From positions 104,884 through 168,883 of the forward strand of contig NMRA01000737.1 of the NCBI GenBank assembly GCA_002633005.1: 64,000 bases of DNA, in the 5' to 3' direction. The DNA is from Phoronis australis (Eukaryota; Animalia; Phoronida). Of this stretch, positions 22,719 to 36,190 are shown one piece after another; the first letter of the stretch is position 1; the number at the start of each line of letters is the position of its first letter. Below the pieces are notes generated by a model, which saw only the letters and a program-made list of their open reading frames with translations, searched no databases and was not told the origin of the DNA. The position numbers and the translations under genes are program-made.

Positions 22719-25700
22719 TTGGGGGAGATGGTCCCCCGCTTCCTGTGACCGTGTACGCTGGCGGCCACCTTTTTGAAACCAAGACAACTCTGGCCAATTT
22801 GCTTGAGGCACAAAAATGTCCAACTTTTTTAAAACCTTGGGACAATGAAATAAAAATCATGATCGTTTTCAAATCAAACAGCCCACAAACAGTTATTCAT
22901 CAACTCTATAATAGTATTTCCTTCGAAATTCCAATTTTTATGGACAGGTTTCATTGCAACGTTTAAGTCTCGCTTAAACCTTACAGTAGGCCTACTACGT
23001 GACAGGAGCCGCATATTTCTGTAAAAACATGCTTTGCAAGACCGGATTGAATTTTTTCAAGTCTGGAACTATTACCCTCAGGGGGAGCGTAATTTGAGCT
23101 TTGCGGGTTACATCTCCTGTAGTGTGCTGTCCGACCGAACCTGAAGTTCTGAATTTTTGTTCCGGCCTATATACTTACTACTCAAACAATGGAATGTGAC
23201 GCCAGCTGCTAACATAAATGAAATCTGATATTGTTAGTGTTAAGAGCTTATTTCCCCTCTGACGCAGCGCCACCAGTGCTTAAAAGTGGTCATGTGGAAT
23301 TACATGTGTGGGCATCAATGCGCATGCTTGGTCGGAAATTTACCCGTCACGTCGCCACCACTTGCACACTGTACATGTAGTTGTTTGGGCTTAGCCAAGG
23401 ATCGGGGTTCCTTGACTTTGTTTACTTCGATCACTACCCGTTTTTGATAAATTGCAACTATTCAAGTCAAATGGGGTCGCCATACAACGCGACAATGAAC
23501 TAAAAGATGTTTTCCAGATTTCAACAAATGTTAATGACTGGATATTATGACCTCGGTTTCATTACTTTATCCAATGAGAAGCCATGTTAAACAACATCCC
23601 ACAGTGCTTCCTTTCGTAGCACTGTGGAAGAGTGTAGACCTTATTTCGGTTTGCATTTGAGCCTGGAATGCAGAGTGGTACAATTTCAACAACTGGAATT
23701 TTGATGTAGTACGTTTACAGTCATTTTGTCATTTTTTATTAATTTCAGTTAGTTTGTGAGAGAAAAATTCTGTTAACAGCCTACGCAATACATCGCCTGT
23801 TTGTGTACGCTGACGTACAGGCGACGACGCGACCATGCACAGTCAAACATTGTGCAGTGCAATCGTCCCCCATTTACTGTTTTGTCCACATATGCAAAGT
23901 ATAGGTCAGCTAAAAACAAATGTTATGTGTTCGCTGCAACAGCCAAATATCTGTACCGCCCCAAAGTGACCGATGGCGTGTTTTTTTTTTCCTTTTTAGT
24001 CGAAAGGGAAATTGTGAGTGCGCAAAATCTATGAAACTACCTGTTTCTTCTTCTTAAACGAACGGGAAAATGGGGCTTTGTGGCGTGGAAAACTACAACA
24101 GTGTGTCAAAAATGAAACAACGTGATGGTGTGACGGGATAAGAGGGATAATACGCGAAGAGCGGGAAAGTTGGCAAGTATAATGTACGCTGTCGGTAATA
24201 CAAAGTATTAAATAAGATTATTTTACAATTAGGTAAACTTTTCAGTGTTCAAATTTTGTTTCACATGTAAAGGTAAATACTACAGATATCATTAAAGCTC
24301 AACAGGAAAGCATTGCACCAATGAATTGTAATAGAGACAATTGAAAATAGTGATAATCTATGCATGCATATACATGACTGTATATATAACTGCATACACA
24401 CACTTAGTTACGCAAATAAATACACGAGAATTTTTTCGAATGTTAATAAAGCAACATTAATATGACCCTTTCATTTATACTTGCAGAAAGNTTGGGGGAG
24501 GTGGTCCCCCGCTTCTTGTGACCGTGTACGCTGGCGGCTACCTTTTTGAAACCAAGACAACTCTGGCCAATTTGCTTAAGGTACAAAAATGTCCAACTTT
24601 TTTGAAACCGTGGGACAATGAAATAAAAACCATGATCGTTTTCAAATCAAACATCCCACAAACAGTTAATCATCAACTCTATTTCTCGCTTAAACCTTAC
24701 AGTACTATTACCGTCAGGGGGAGCGTAATTTGAGCTTTGCGGGCTACATTCCCTGCAGTGTGCTGTCCGACCGAAACTGAAGTTCTGAATTTTTGTTCAA
24801 TGGAATGTGACGCCAGCTGCTAACAGAAATGAAATCTGATTTTGTCAGTGTTAAGAGCTTATTTCCCCTCTGACGCAGCGCCACCTATGCTGAAAAGTGG
24901 CCCTGTGGAATTACATGTGTAGGCATCAATGCGCCACCACTTGCACACTGTAGTTGTATGGGCTTAGCCAAGGATCGGGATTCCCTTGACTTTGTTTACT
25001 TCGATCACTACCCGTTTTGGTAAATTGCAACTATTCAAGTCAAATGGGGTCGCCATTCTACGCGACAGTGAACTGAAAGAAGTTTTCCAGATTTCAACAA
25101 ATGTTAATGACTGAATATTATGACCAATGAGAAGCCATGTTAAACAACATTCCACAGTGCTACCTTTCGTAGCACTTTGGAAGAGTGTAGACCTTATTTC
25201 GGTTTGCATTTGAGCCTGGAATGCAGAGCGGTACAATTTCAACAACTGGATTTTTGATGTAGTACGTTTACAGTCATTTTGTCATGAGAGAAAAATTCTG
25301 TTAACAGCCTACGCAATACATCGCATGTTTGTGTACGCTGACGTACAGGCGACGACGCGACCATGCACAGCCAAACATTGTGCAGTGCAATCGTCCCCCA
25401 TTTACTGTTTTGTCCTAATATGCAAAGTATAGGTCAGCTAAAAACAAATGTTATGTGTTCGCTGCAACAGCCAAATATCTGTACCGCCCCAAACTGACCG
25501 ACGGCGTGTTTTTTTCCTTTTTAGTCGAAAGGGAAATTGTGGGTGCCGCAAAATCCAGGAAACTTCCTGTTTCTTCTTCTTAAACGAACGGGAAAATGGG
25601 GCTTTGTGGCGTGGAAAACTACAACAGTGTGTCAAAAACGAAACAACGTGATGGTGTGACGGGATAAGAGGGATAATACGCGAAGAGCGGGAAAGTTGGC

Positions 25701-26016
25701 AAGTATAATGTACGCTGTCGGTAATACAAAGTATTAAATAAGATTATTTTACAATTAGGTAAACTTTTCAGTGTTCAAATTTTGTTTCACATGTAAAGGT
25801 AAATACTACAGATATCATTAAAGCTCAACAGGAAAGCATTGCACCAATGAATTGTAATAGAGACAATTGAAAATAGTGATAATCTATGCATGCATATACA
25901 TGACTGTATATATAACTGCATACACACACTTAGTTACGCAAATAAATACACGAGAATTTTTTCGAATGTTAATAAAGCAACATTAATATGACCCTTTCAT
26001 TTATACTTGCAGAAAG
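22719..26016. repeat. ~1.5-1.8 kb tandem duplication across the N at 24491 (likely two haplotypes)
   Basis: 22719-24490 recurs at 24492-26016 with SNPs and several indels. Copy 1 ends and copy 2 begins exactly at the N. Confidence 0.9.
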
Positions 26017-28289
26017 AAACTCTCAGACACCAAATGTCACTTCTTTCCGTAAAACACTTTAACATAATTTAACACGCAAAATGTTTCCCTGAAAACTGGC
26101 ATGTAGTCAGATAGGTTGTCGTAAGTGGCTCGCAAAGATATCAGGTCAGAGGTCAGGTTGTTGTAGGTTCCCAGCCAGGGCCATGGATAGGTCCGTTTAA
26201 AGATTGGTCAGTGTAATTGTCGGGTTTATTGACTAATTTTGTTGACAAATCGCTGGTTGTGTGGAACCGCACATCAAGAATCTCGTTTGTTGATTCCATT
26301 ATGAACAAAAATGACAAAATGAAATTGAAGCAATGAAATTAGGCAACGTTTCAAAACTACATCACTCGATCAAAATTCCGGGGAGCAGACAACCGGAAGT
26401 CAACAGAGCAAACTCTTTTGTCAGTCCAGTGAAGTCTCGGGGGTTGCGAGGTCCAACACTTGAATGCAAGAGTAATGGCCACGAGTTGGCATTCTATGCC
26501 TAGAGTTCTATAACAAGACTAAGAAGGACTCCATCGTCAAGTCTGTTTAAAAATCCCGAATAAGTGACAGTGCTGATTATTCGTCATAATCAATTGCTTC
26601 TCAAAGGTAGATGTTTTTGATAGAAAACACGAACAAAAATATGGTTAGAGTATATTTTTATTAGTGAACGTGAAAGTTTTGCTTCTGGAATTAATGTACG
26701 ACTAGTAAAAAAAATTTGAAATTCCGGTGTAAACAAAACTTTGTAATGACACCCAAATTAGAGAACCAGTAAAATGTACCACCGAACATATTATTTGTAT
26801 TACGGTAAAAAATGTGCATGAATTGAAAGAAGCGCGATATATTCATGCAGCGTTAACTCTTGCTCAGTAATTTTTTATTTGCTCTTTGTTATGAGGTCAT
26901 AAACTTTCGTTTTCTCTACAAAAATTGTGCAACTTCAGATGCACTGACTTCTCGAATATCAAATGTTTGTTGACATGTCGATAAGATCGTTCGCTGGCCA
27001 AGGAAGCAGGTCACGAAAACACACGTTGGTTGCATAGGTGATGGTTACTACGTCAGAGCCTGTTCATAAGGCAAACAACATTCGACCTTGTTTGAGGATC
27101 ATACATGCCAATGGAAACAAAACATATTTGCCTCCAGAAGTTCATACACTCGTTTAAGAAATTGCAGTCATACTGTTGTCTTTCCACATAGTGCAAACCG
27201 TTTCTATTAAATCTTCTGTTAACTAGAGGTTCCCGAGTAAACACGTGCAGCCCCGGATGCTGAAGTTGTTATTTTGCTCTGACAACTACAAATATGCGTT
27301 TGATTTAGAGCACAAGTGGGCTACTTACGCATACTAAACTGCAAACCTCACCTCCCCGCGAGTAGTCTGATGACAGGTGCCGACCCACAGCAATAATAAA
27401 GCCATTAGTGCTCTCATCATATTGTTACACAACGGCGAAATCCTGTTTTGTCAGCCTCTCGGGAGAATCTAAAGTTGCGAAATTATAAGACACAGGTCAA
27501 CTACATGACCTGCAATTCCTGGAAGGAGAGGGCTACTAGAAACAGGATTTTGACCTAGTTGTAACAAGTTAACAAGTTGCCAACAAGTCCTGCTTGGAAC
27601 CACTGCTAGATGGCGTTGCTAGGCTGTCTGTCGGCTTCTCAATTGTTGGGAACTGGACCCAGTTACATATATCGCGAGACATTAACTTGCACTCACGGCG
27701 AAAACAAACTCGAACAAATGAGAAACATTACGAGAGCGTAATCTGCACTCTCTTTCATGCAAGAGAATTATTTTATTGTTTGAATATTTTTGGTTGACGC
27801 AAGGTTAAAACGTTCATTCTCCTCAGTGCATCACCAGACGTCTGACAGGAGACAAATCATATGCTAACATTTGGGGTTTTGGTACCCCAACGCCTATAAA
27901 GCGATCTCGGCTGAGCCAGACTCTGACTAACCCGTCCCAATCGAATAACAAATTAACACTCTTGGCTTAGCCGCGAAAAAAAATATTCGGTAATTTCTCA
28001 TAGAATGCACCGATTTGAAAAATTCAACTACAACTACTATTTACTTTTCAGTTTTAAAAACAGTTATGTTAATGAGCGTTTGCCTTCATACGCTTAACAG
28101 GCGTGTTGGTTTACGACGCCGTTATTTCATAAAGCACGTTCAGCCAAGCCCATGAATAGGGACTAGCTCCGACTCCAGTCCGTGACGGCGCCATCAACTG
28201 AACCTTATCGCTGGATATCGGTACTCTGCGGTAAACGGTGCACGCGTTCTCGTCCACATGCTGGCAAATTCTGGTAACGTAAGCTTTTT

Positions 28290-28940
28290 ACCTCATGATG
28301 CAACGAAACTACAATATTCTTGAAATTTCCACGACGTCAAATAACTCATACGTTCCGTTTTCTGACCTAGTTCACGGCGCCTCTCTAGTATTTCTTCATC
28401 ACTGTATTCCTGTTCGAATTGATAGCCTGTGAAACTTAACGATCCACCTGCGAAGTCTTCGTAGGGACAGACTGATGAGCTCTCGTCTAAGTCGGGATTG
28501 CGAGTTGTCATGTTGATGTTTATTACTGAGCCTTCTGTTTCAAAATGAATTATTCTCACCCTAAGCAATACTTATATAAAACTGAAACAAAGTCTGCCTC
28601 ATTAGATGCAATTTGTAATGCCTTTGGAGTGTTCTAGAGTGCAAATGATTTTAGAATCCAGCAATGAATAAATCACTGCGTTAGCAGCTTTATGTGCAAT
28701 AAAACTAGTTGACGGGACACCGAGGCCGTGTGACCTCATGCTAATTTATTGTTTGCTGGCAGAAACTGTTGTGAAACAACTCAATCGATTTCCACCCCAC
28801 GGCTTGGTGTTATAGGGGAGTCTTTATTTACATTTACATTATTAAAATAATGATTGTCAATGTACAACTTCTGCCCTGACGGTGCTGTGGCCAAAGCGGA
28901 ACCTAAATTCGCGGCTCCCGACGAGTAGATTTGCAGTAAT
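28290..28940 (-). mobile_element. Diverged second copy of the Kolobok-like end, with the N-terminus of the P2X7-ballast-like ORF
   Basis: The reverse complement aligns by eye with 20225-20680. It encodes MTTRNPDLDE...GYQFEQEYSDEEILERRREL, a YQFEPEY-type acidic N-terminus seen in this protein family. Confidence 0.65.
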
Positions 28941-30204
28941 TTCGTGACTAATTCACCAACATAATCACGTGCGCATTACTTTGGCTCACTAGTATAGTAT
29001 TTTCTTGACTGGAAGTTTAGTTTCCAACTTTGGTTGGTTTATATTCGTGATATCTGATCAGTTTCCGAGCCACTGGCCGGGATAACGAGTCAATCCGGCC
29101 GGCCGCGACAGGCCTGATCGGGCTCCGAGCCACTGACCAGGATAACAAGCGTCATGTTTCGAGTGTTTAGAACTAAAAAAGTAACAAGTCTAAACAACAC
29201 AGATCTAGGTTCTCCTGTCTGTATCTCAAGGAAAAATACTTAGAATTTATCTCCAAACAGACCCCAAACTCCTGCTACGGACCTTATTGGCCTGCCGAAC
29301 TTTCAAGTAGCCGGCTACGGAGTGTCCAAATACCAATAAATCCGTAACAGCGAAATAAAACAACACGTTTTTATAACAACTCGGTGTATTTTTGAGGGTT
29401 TTACATCGAAGTTTGATGATTTATTGGTGTTAAACGATGAATTCAAGCGATAAGCTCACACCAGTAGCCCGTGTTATGAACTGCTGAACAGACTGCGTGT
29501 GAAACCAATTACGTCATTGAATAATTTCAACACCTTTGCCGTCAGGTGTCAGGTAACACAACCGTACGTGCCGTTATGGAGTAGAACTACTCGATCTAAA
29601 TTGATACAAATTAGGTTGTTTTTTGGATGGCATGCTCCTTTAATTGAAGGAAACACTTTGAATTGCAAGACCGTAAGAAGCGCCAAAGCATTTTATCAAA
29701 CAAGTACCTTTCTTCGCGTTGAAATATGTTTAATCAACGCATAGTTTTCCCTGATCTGTACATGTATTTTAGTTCTTAAAGCATCATTGTGCTACTCTTA
29801 TTCAACGCGCACTTTTGCTTAATCTTCGAGAATAGTAAGACAGCGAACCACAGAGAAGAGAGAAAATTCCAGAGAACTTTTGTTAACTACCAATGCCTGA
29901 TTCACCCTTTGAGGACTGTCCCATTGGCCACAGCATTTTTGGTGGTGGTGCTCCATTTTTTGCAGCATACATGTAGGTCGTCAAAACTCTCTTGCAAACA
30001 TGCAACTTATCATGTACATGTATGGCGTAAAATCGAGAAAATGTGTTAAGCACAGTTTTATAAAGCTAAAATGATTACCTGCAGTCTGGAACACGTTGTA
30101 CCAGACGGGCGCAGAACGCGCATGTGAGCCCGCTGAAGATTGTTTACAGCGACAAGGGTCGTGTATTTATTAACCAATTACTAATATATATTTAAAACCG
30201 AGTT

Positions 30205-30296
30205 GAGGCGCTAGCGGCCTTACTCAAGGGTCTAACAGTGTCACCCAGTGGGACTCGAACCCATTGACTCGAGAGAGAAAGCGGGTACCTATCACC
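30205..30296 (-). mobile_element. tRNA-derived SINE fragment
   Basis: Minus strand has the B-box GGTTCGAGTCCC followed by cccttgagtaaggc, a SINE core-like motif. No complete tRNA fold. Confidence 0.55.
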
Positions 30297-31668
30297 CTAC
30301 AGTATGATACACTGCCTCGTCAAAGCACAGCTTTTGCACTGCATGTTAATTCACTGGATTCAAGATGGTGGAATTAACTATCACTCTCTCATGAAATTTA
30401 GCCTTTCACTTGCCCCTCTGTAAATCCGTCACCGTCAACTACTGGAAAAAGGTAATTCATAGAAAAAACCCCAAGGAAATTCGTACAAAGCACAAAAGTA
30501 TCAAGACATTCACTCCAAACAACCGAAAATGGTTGTATAAGACGGCCATAGAAAGAATGATGGAAGCTTGAACAACTTTGTAAATTTCAAAACGTTTATA
30601 TTCCGATGGTTTTGTAACTATAAAATGTCGACATTTTCCAGCTCCATTCTTGGAGCGGTTTTCGACAACTTATCAAAACTACATCTCAGGAGGTTTTCAA
30701 CATTTTACGAAAAGAAGTGACATTTGGTTTCTGAGTGTTTGTTCTGCAATGAAAACTTTAGGCAGTACTAACAGATGTGTTCACGTATCTAAGTGCGCGT
30801 GCCTATGCATATATACGCATGGTGTGTGTTATTACTATTTTTAATTTTTCCTGTAGTGATTCATTCATGTAATCTTTACCTGTTGCCCATGTTATATGTA
30901 GTACTTGACCATACACCGTGAAATAATAATAAAAAATAAAAATTTCTCTTGTAAAAGAATCTAATTGGTTTGTATACTTTGTGTTTCTGACAGCGTACAT
31001 TGTACTTTCCAATTGCCCCGATCTTGGCGGACTATACCACTTCTTGAATTTTGCAGCATTCCCAGCACACCATTAGAATGTCCCGTTTTTGACACACGCC
31101 AAAATTGACATAATATCTTACACTTTGTAATTTCCTAAGTGACATAGCCACATTTTCCCGTTCAACTAAAAGAAAAAACTGGACGTTTCATGCTTTTGTG
31201 GCACTCGCAATTTCCCGTTTGACTAACAAACAAAAACGCCGTAGGAAGCTTTTGGGAGTTACGTCTCCATTTTAACAAGAACACTCTTGTGACACTTTTG
31301 CGTGTAGCCGCGAACATTTCACCCCTGCGTCAAGCATAGATCCACAGGTACCGCTTTTCAATCCACTTTTTCCATTCTGGAATGTTGACCGTGACAACTA
31401 CTGTATGAAATACGTGTTCAAACCAACATTGTCTCTTTGTTGTGTTTTATTTACGTAACAATAGTAAAGATAATTTTCAATGTGACTCATTGTCGTTAAC
31501 ATACACTAAACATACGAGGAATGTTTCTTTCCGAAGAAATGAGTGTATTTCTAAACTATTTATGTAAAATCCTACATTGCTACCAAACTAATGAGAACTA
31601 TCCACGATATATCCTGCATTGTTATCCACAATATATTTCAAAGCTACAAAATAGATGTTTGAAAATTA

Positions 31669-33728
31669 AGAAAACTCTTAACTGCAAATTTCGGATAGAT
31701 ATTTGGAGTTATTAGTTATCACATTTTCAGGCCAACTGATTGCACACCCCTTAATTTTTATTGTAGAATAAGGTTTGTATCAAACGGCACCAAAGATCCA
31801 ATTAATATAAAAAGATGAGTAATTTTGGACAAATAGCTGATTAAATTCCTGTGAGGGACCCATATATTATGAAATCTTGTCGTTTCAGAGTAGCAATCTT
31901 TTGAATTATTGAATTTATTTCCCGCTGTAGGTTTGCAGGGAAGCTGCCTCGCCATCTATCGTTTTTAACTGGAAACCAAAATTGCCGAACTTAAAAGCCA
32001 CCTTGCAAAATTAGTTTGCTCTACTTTCTGAATACTGGAAGGAGACATTTGGATATTCTGTACCATTGACTGTTTTGATAGCTATTATACAAGCGCCCTG
32101 GGCCCACGGTCTACATTTGTACTCGAAATCGAACTTAAAATGTCTTTCTACTTTACTAGGCCATCGTGTGAATAGCGCGTGGAATAGTCAATAGAAGGCG
32201 CTGGCTACAAATACAATCTCAACTAAGCAACAGGTGGTCTCAAGTGAGTCACTTATATTATCTGAAGAACATTAGGTTGTAATATCTTCTTATTGTTACC
32301 GATTAAAATTAGTTTTTCCTCCTCCCGGCCTAGTATCAAATATTGACACTTGGGTTTTTGGAATAGTATGCGAAAAACTCACAACAAATGAACTTTCCCT
32401 AGTTTTAGCTTTTCTATCTAATCTAACTGTTTATTTAACGATATGCGTTTCACATTTTTCACACGAAGACTCCAGCGGACGTTTAACAACACATCTGGCA
32501 AGGGATCGAGTTACAGCACCCCTGCTTTAGAAGTTCAAACCCGTCTATAAGAGACCTACTTCCAGGATGTGCGGTTCAGGTCAACGTCATGTAATTCGCT
32601 AGTTTCCAGACTCGTGTAACACAGTAAAATAATGGTCGTGAAAGTTAAGTTACTGTTGTTTCTACTGCTCGGGATTTATCAAAAGTATAGCCATGCAGAG
32701 GTAAGCCTACCTACGTCTACATGTAAATGTAGGCACCGTTATCTGATACCATATTAGTTCTAAAATGGTGATGATTAATATGCTTTTTAAACAATGCTCA
32801 CGCGTAGTCATAGGCTTCAAGTTTAGTTGGTTCACTGCTCAACACTCCCAAGGTGTCATTGGCGTAGGGAGAAAATGGGTTGGAAAAAGGGTTCGTGACC
32901 ATTGTAAAAAAATTATCTGGCGTGCGCGTGTGAACTTGCCATTTTGAATGCTTCTGTCTGCGCCTGTGTAAAATATGGCATCTACCTGTCAAAAGACGCT
33001 ACACAGGCTACTAATCCCAGTATGCAATTTTTGTTACCACTTTTTATAAAAGTGAAAATCACTGATTTAACTTTGTCGGGTATTTTGTGGTGCACACAAG
33101 AAATTCAGAAGTCAAATTTTAAAGTGTTTTTTAAGTTGGAGCATCATGTCTATTTTGTAAATTTTTGGTTTAAAGAGCTTCAATAAGAAAATACATTTAA
33201 AAGGTTTTACTTAAAAACAGTAAAGAAAAAATAAAATTTTGATCGTGCTTATGTAGACATTTAAACTCTCTATCAAGAGACAGTCTTTTCGTCAGTAACC
33301 TTCATGGGATCACCAGTATTCGGTAAATTTGGCCAATTTTTGTATTTGACTTTTAGCTATTTTTGAGGTGCTCAGGGGGTCACTTTAAGCGGTGCTGGCG
33401 ATTTCAGGTAATATTTTCGAACAGTTTGCTATCTGACTAAAATGAAAAGTAAAAGTTGGGCTTTTCGTTTGTTTCCAATGAACAGCCGGTGAAAAGAACA
33501 TACCATCGCATATTTCACCCCGTGTCCTTGAGTAGTCTGCAGCTGCAGCTCATGAACCCCACAATGGACTTGATTATTTTTGCAAATATGCCACTAGGGG
33601 CCTGAAATAAGTTGACGTCAGTTGTTAAATGGTTTGCCTACTGCTGCCCCCCGGGTAGCATTTTGTATAACTAGATTTCTTTGGTGAAATGTGGCCAATT
33701 GTTTCCATCTATAAAATAGTAGCACATG
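31669..33728 (+). repeat. ~2.06-kb direct duplication, copy 1 (copy 2 at 49690-51774)
   Basis: Near-identical sequence that includes the signal-peptide exon, with scattered SNPs and indels. Confidence 0.92.
32632..32700 (+). CDS. Signal-peptide first exon, probably of CTHRC1-like gene B
   Basis: MVVKVKLLLFLLLGIYQKYSHAE|gtaagc has a basic n-region, a hydrophobic core and a small-residue cleavage site. Its phase-0 donor would fit a gene A-type collagen exon. TATAAG lies at 32546. The link to gene B is inferred. Confidence 0.65.
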
Positions 33729-35899
33729 CTACACGTTTATGAATGATTCTTACCCGTACTGACCCATCAGTGACAATTTTAGCAGTTTGATGATCCTTCA
33801 TATATCAAACCTGGTAATCGGCCTATAAAGTATACATTGTCATTTCAATGTGAATCTTGTCAGTTTTACCGGTGTTTATTGGTTAACTGAATCAACCCGA
33901 AACGATTTTGTCACTTGTTGTTTACAACCCCATAAGAGATAAAAATGTGAAGTCCTAAAAAGATTGATCATAAGGGTTTCAAACTTCAAATATAGTTGAG
34001 GGTTACGTCAAACAAGGAAATATGAATTTTTGGAAGCATGAGATGTAAATATTAAAAATTTGAGTAAACTTCAAACATCCTAATCCAAATTTATTAAGTT
34101 TATTTAAATCAATTACATTTTGTTGCTTTGATATAACCGGAAGTGGCAAGTAACACGTTACAAAACATAATTCAAAAGCACAATGTTTACATTAAATTAA
34201 AAAACAAAAAATACCTTGAAGAAAAGTTGAATTTTAAACAAAAACGAATTCAAAGCACTTTCAACCATTTTTACTGCAAGATCAGGGCGATTTTTTGTTT
34301 CTTTTGAATGTGGAATGGCTTTTAAAGTGTTCGTTGTGGTTCTTGAATCACACAGTCGGTAATTTTTACTGAATCCTAGAGAAATTTCCCGGCATGTGAC
34401 TCAAGATTCAACGCTTGTCGTAGATTATAAAAGGACCAAATCAGTTTTACGGATAAAAAATATGTTGGACGCTATTTATGCGTAAAAATGACTAGCTTAA
34501 ATTTCAAGATTTACAAAGAACTACAGAACACCAGAATCTGTTACTATAAATTGGCGCTTCCTAACAAAATCATATGACATTAAGGCGGCGACCTCATCAG
34601 TTGTTTCCGTCGCGGACGGTGTAAAATTGCTATAAAAGCGGCATGAAGAACTTCTGACCTAATCTCATGAGTGCATGTGAAAAAGAGGCGAAGATCAGAA
34701 ACTCATTTGAGACACATATTATTCTTCAGAATAAGCATTCGGAAAAGCCAAAATAGAGCGCTGGACTGCCGTGTGAGACGACTTGAGCACGTCCAGATAT
34801 ACCGAGCTTGCTCGAGTAGACAACCTGAGTGTTACATGTAGCATTCACCCCTCGTCTTCCAAAAATACCTTCGACATTCATGCTTGGTTTTGATTGATTT
34901 CAAGCACAAACATAAATTTGGCTTGTGAAAACTCAAGAATGACTCTACCGATTGAATCGATGAGCCACAAAAAATCGAATGATCTCGCCCAGTCGGGGAT
35001 ATAATTTAAAGGTTGGTTTCGTAATCTGCCCAATACACTTTGAAACAATGTGACAATTGTAATGGCTAACCTTTGCACTGTTTTGAGAAGGAAGTATTAC
35101 AGCAGTGCTGTGTTTGACATCACATCTGAACTCTAACACTGCACCCTTGGCACAAAGTGAACTGAAGGTGGCGTGATTCAACACCTGGAAAGCCGAACGT
35201 CACGAGCCACACATATTTTCGTAAAACTAATCCATGCGAAAAATAAATGTAAGAAAACCGAATTACTTTTATGGAAATGCTCCGAACAACTATAGGAATC
35301 TTGAGTGAGATGAATTTGTGTAGTTCAGTTTCAATTTAGCGCAATTTATTCATGCCTCATGGTCGTCGATTATGTTGCTTTAAGACGTGCTTTCATGTTG
35401 GCACTTTCAGAGTCCCCACACATTTGGAGACGACGCTAAAATGAACCCCAGACTTAATGTTCATGTAGTATAATCGTACAAGGAGTGCCAACTCACATTA
35501 GTTCAGAACATGAATGATTTCTTTTGACAAATAAACAAATCTCGTTTCATAAATGATTGACAGCACACAACTTCAAATCACGTATTCGTTTATGAATGTA
35601 TAGAAATTTTGAAGCCTAATCTTTGAAACACAAATCACGGGAAATTAACTGGCAAGGCTCGCTGACGTTGGTTACTAACATATTTTGGTTTAGAGTCAAT
35701 CAGGCCGGAATTTATGTTTCAATTTGCCTCATATTCGGGTCATAGTCAATTTAAATACAGCACGTCGCTGTCAGTAGAATAATTCGTGACAGATCTGTTA
35801 GCACAATTTTGCTGATGACCCTGCCCCCTAGCGATGGTCTAAACATCATAAAGCATTATGGGACACTTAAGTCCAACAAAATGATCTCAGGGATTTTTA

Positions 35900-36190
35900 T
35901 GCAAAGAAAAAATGGGTTCTGCCATCCAAGGAGACTGAGAGAGAGCCAGCGCCAATAATTAAAACACAGTATTGGTTAACAACTTTATTAGGAGACGCAA
36001 CTAGTAATGCAGTATACCACGCTGGAAGCCAAGACGCGAGACCCCAGGTAACAACACTACGAACATAATGGCGCAGCGCATGGAACATGTGTGAAGTGGC
36101 CGCTCTTTGACAGTGTTGGTCAACTCTATCAAAGCCGCAGGCGTATTTGCGATGGTTCTCGATGATTTGACGAAGGAAAACAATTTCTAA
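35900..36190 (-). mobile_element. Possible degenerate non-LTR retrotransposon RT-thumb fragment
   Basis: YVRSVVTWGLASW...NKVVNQYCVLIIGA loosely resembles Y..VRS...YG..W...VQN...R.I.GA. Confidence 0.3.

Noticed and set aside
22719-26016. Tandem duplication as a real biological repeat
   Set aside because: The copies abut exactly at a single N and differ by allele-like SNPs and indels, which is typical of unmerged haplotype overlap.
30079-30123. Candidate first exon for gene A (MRVLRPSGTTCSRLQ|gtaatc)
   Set aside because: It is not hydrophobic and sits next to a SINE fragment.
30205-30296. tRNA gene
   Set aside because: A B-box is present but there is no cloverleaf, and the downstream core indicates a SINE.
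35811-35855. Third hammerhead-like motif (CTGATGA...ggtcTAAAC)
   Set aside because: The GAAA box is mutated and there is no convincing stem I or III.
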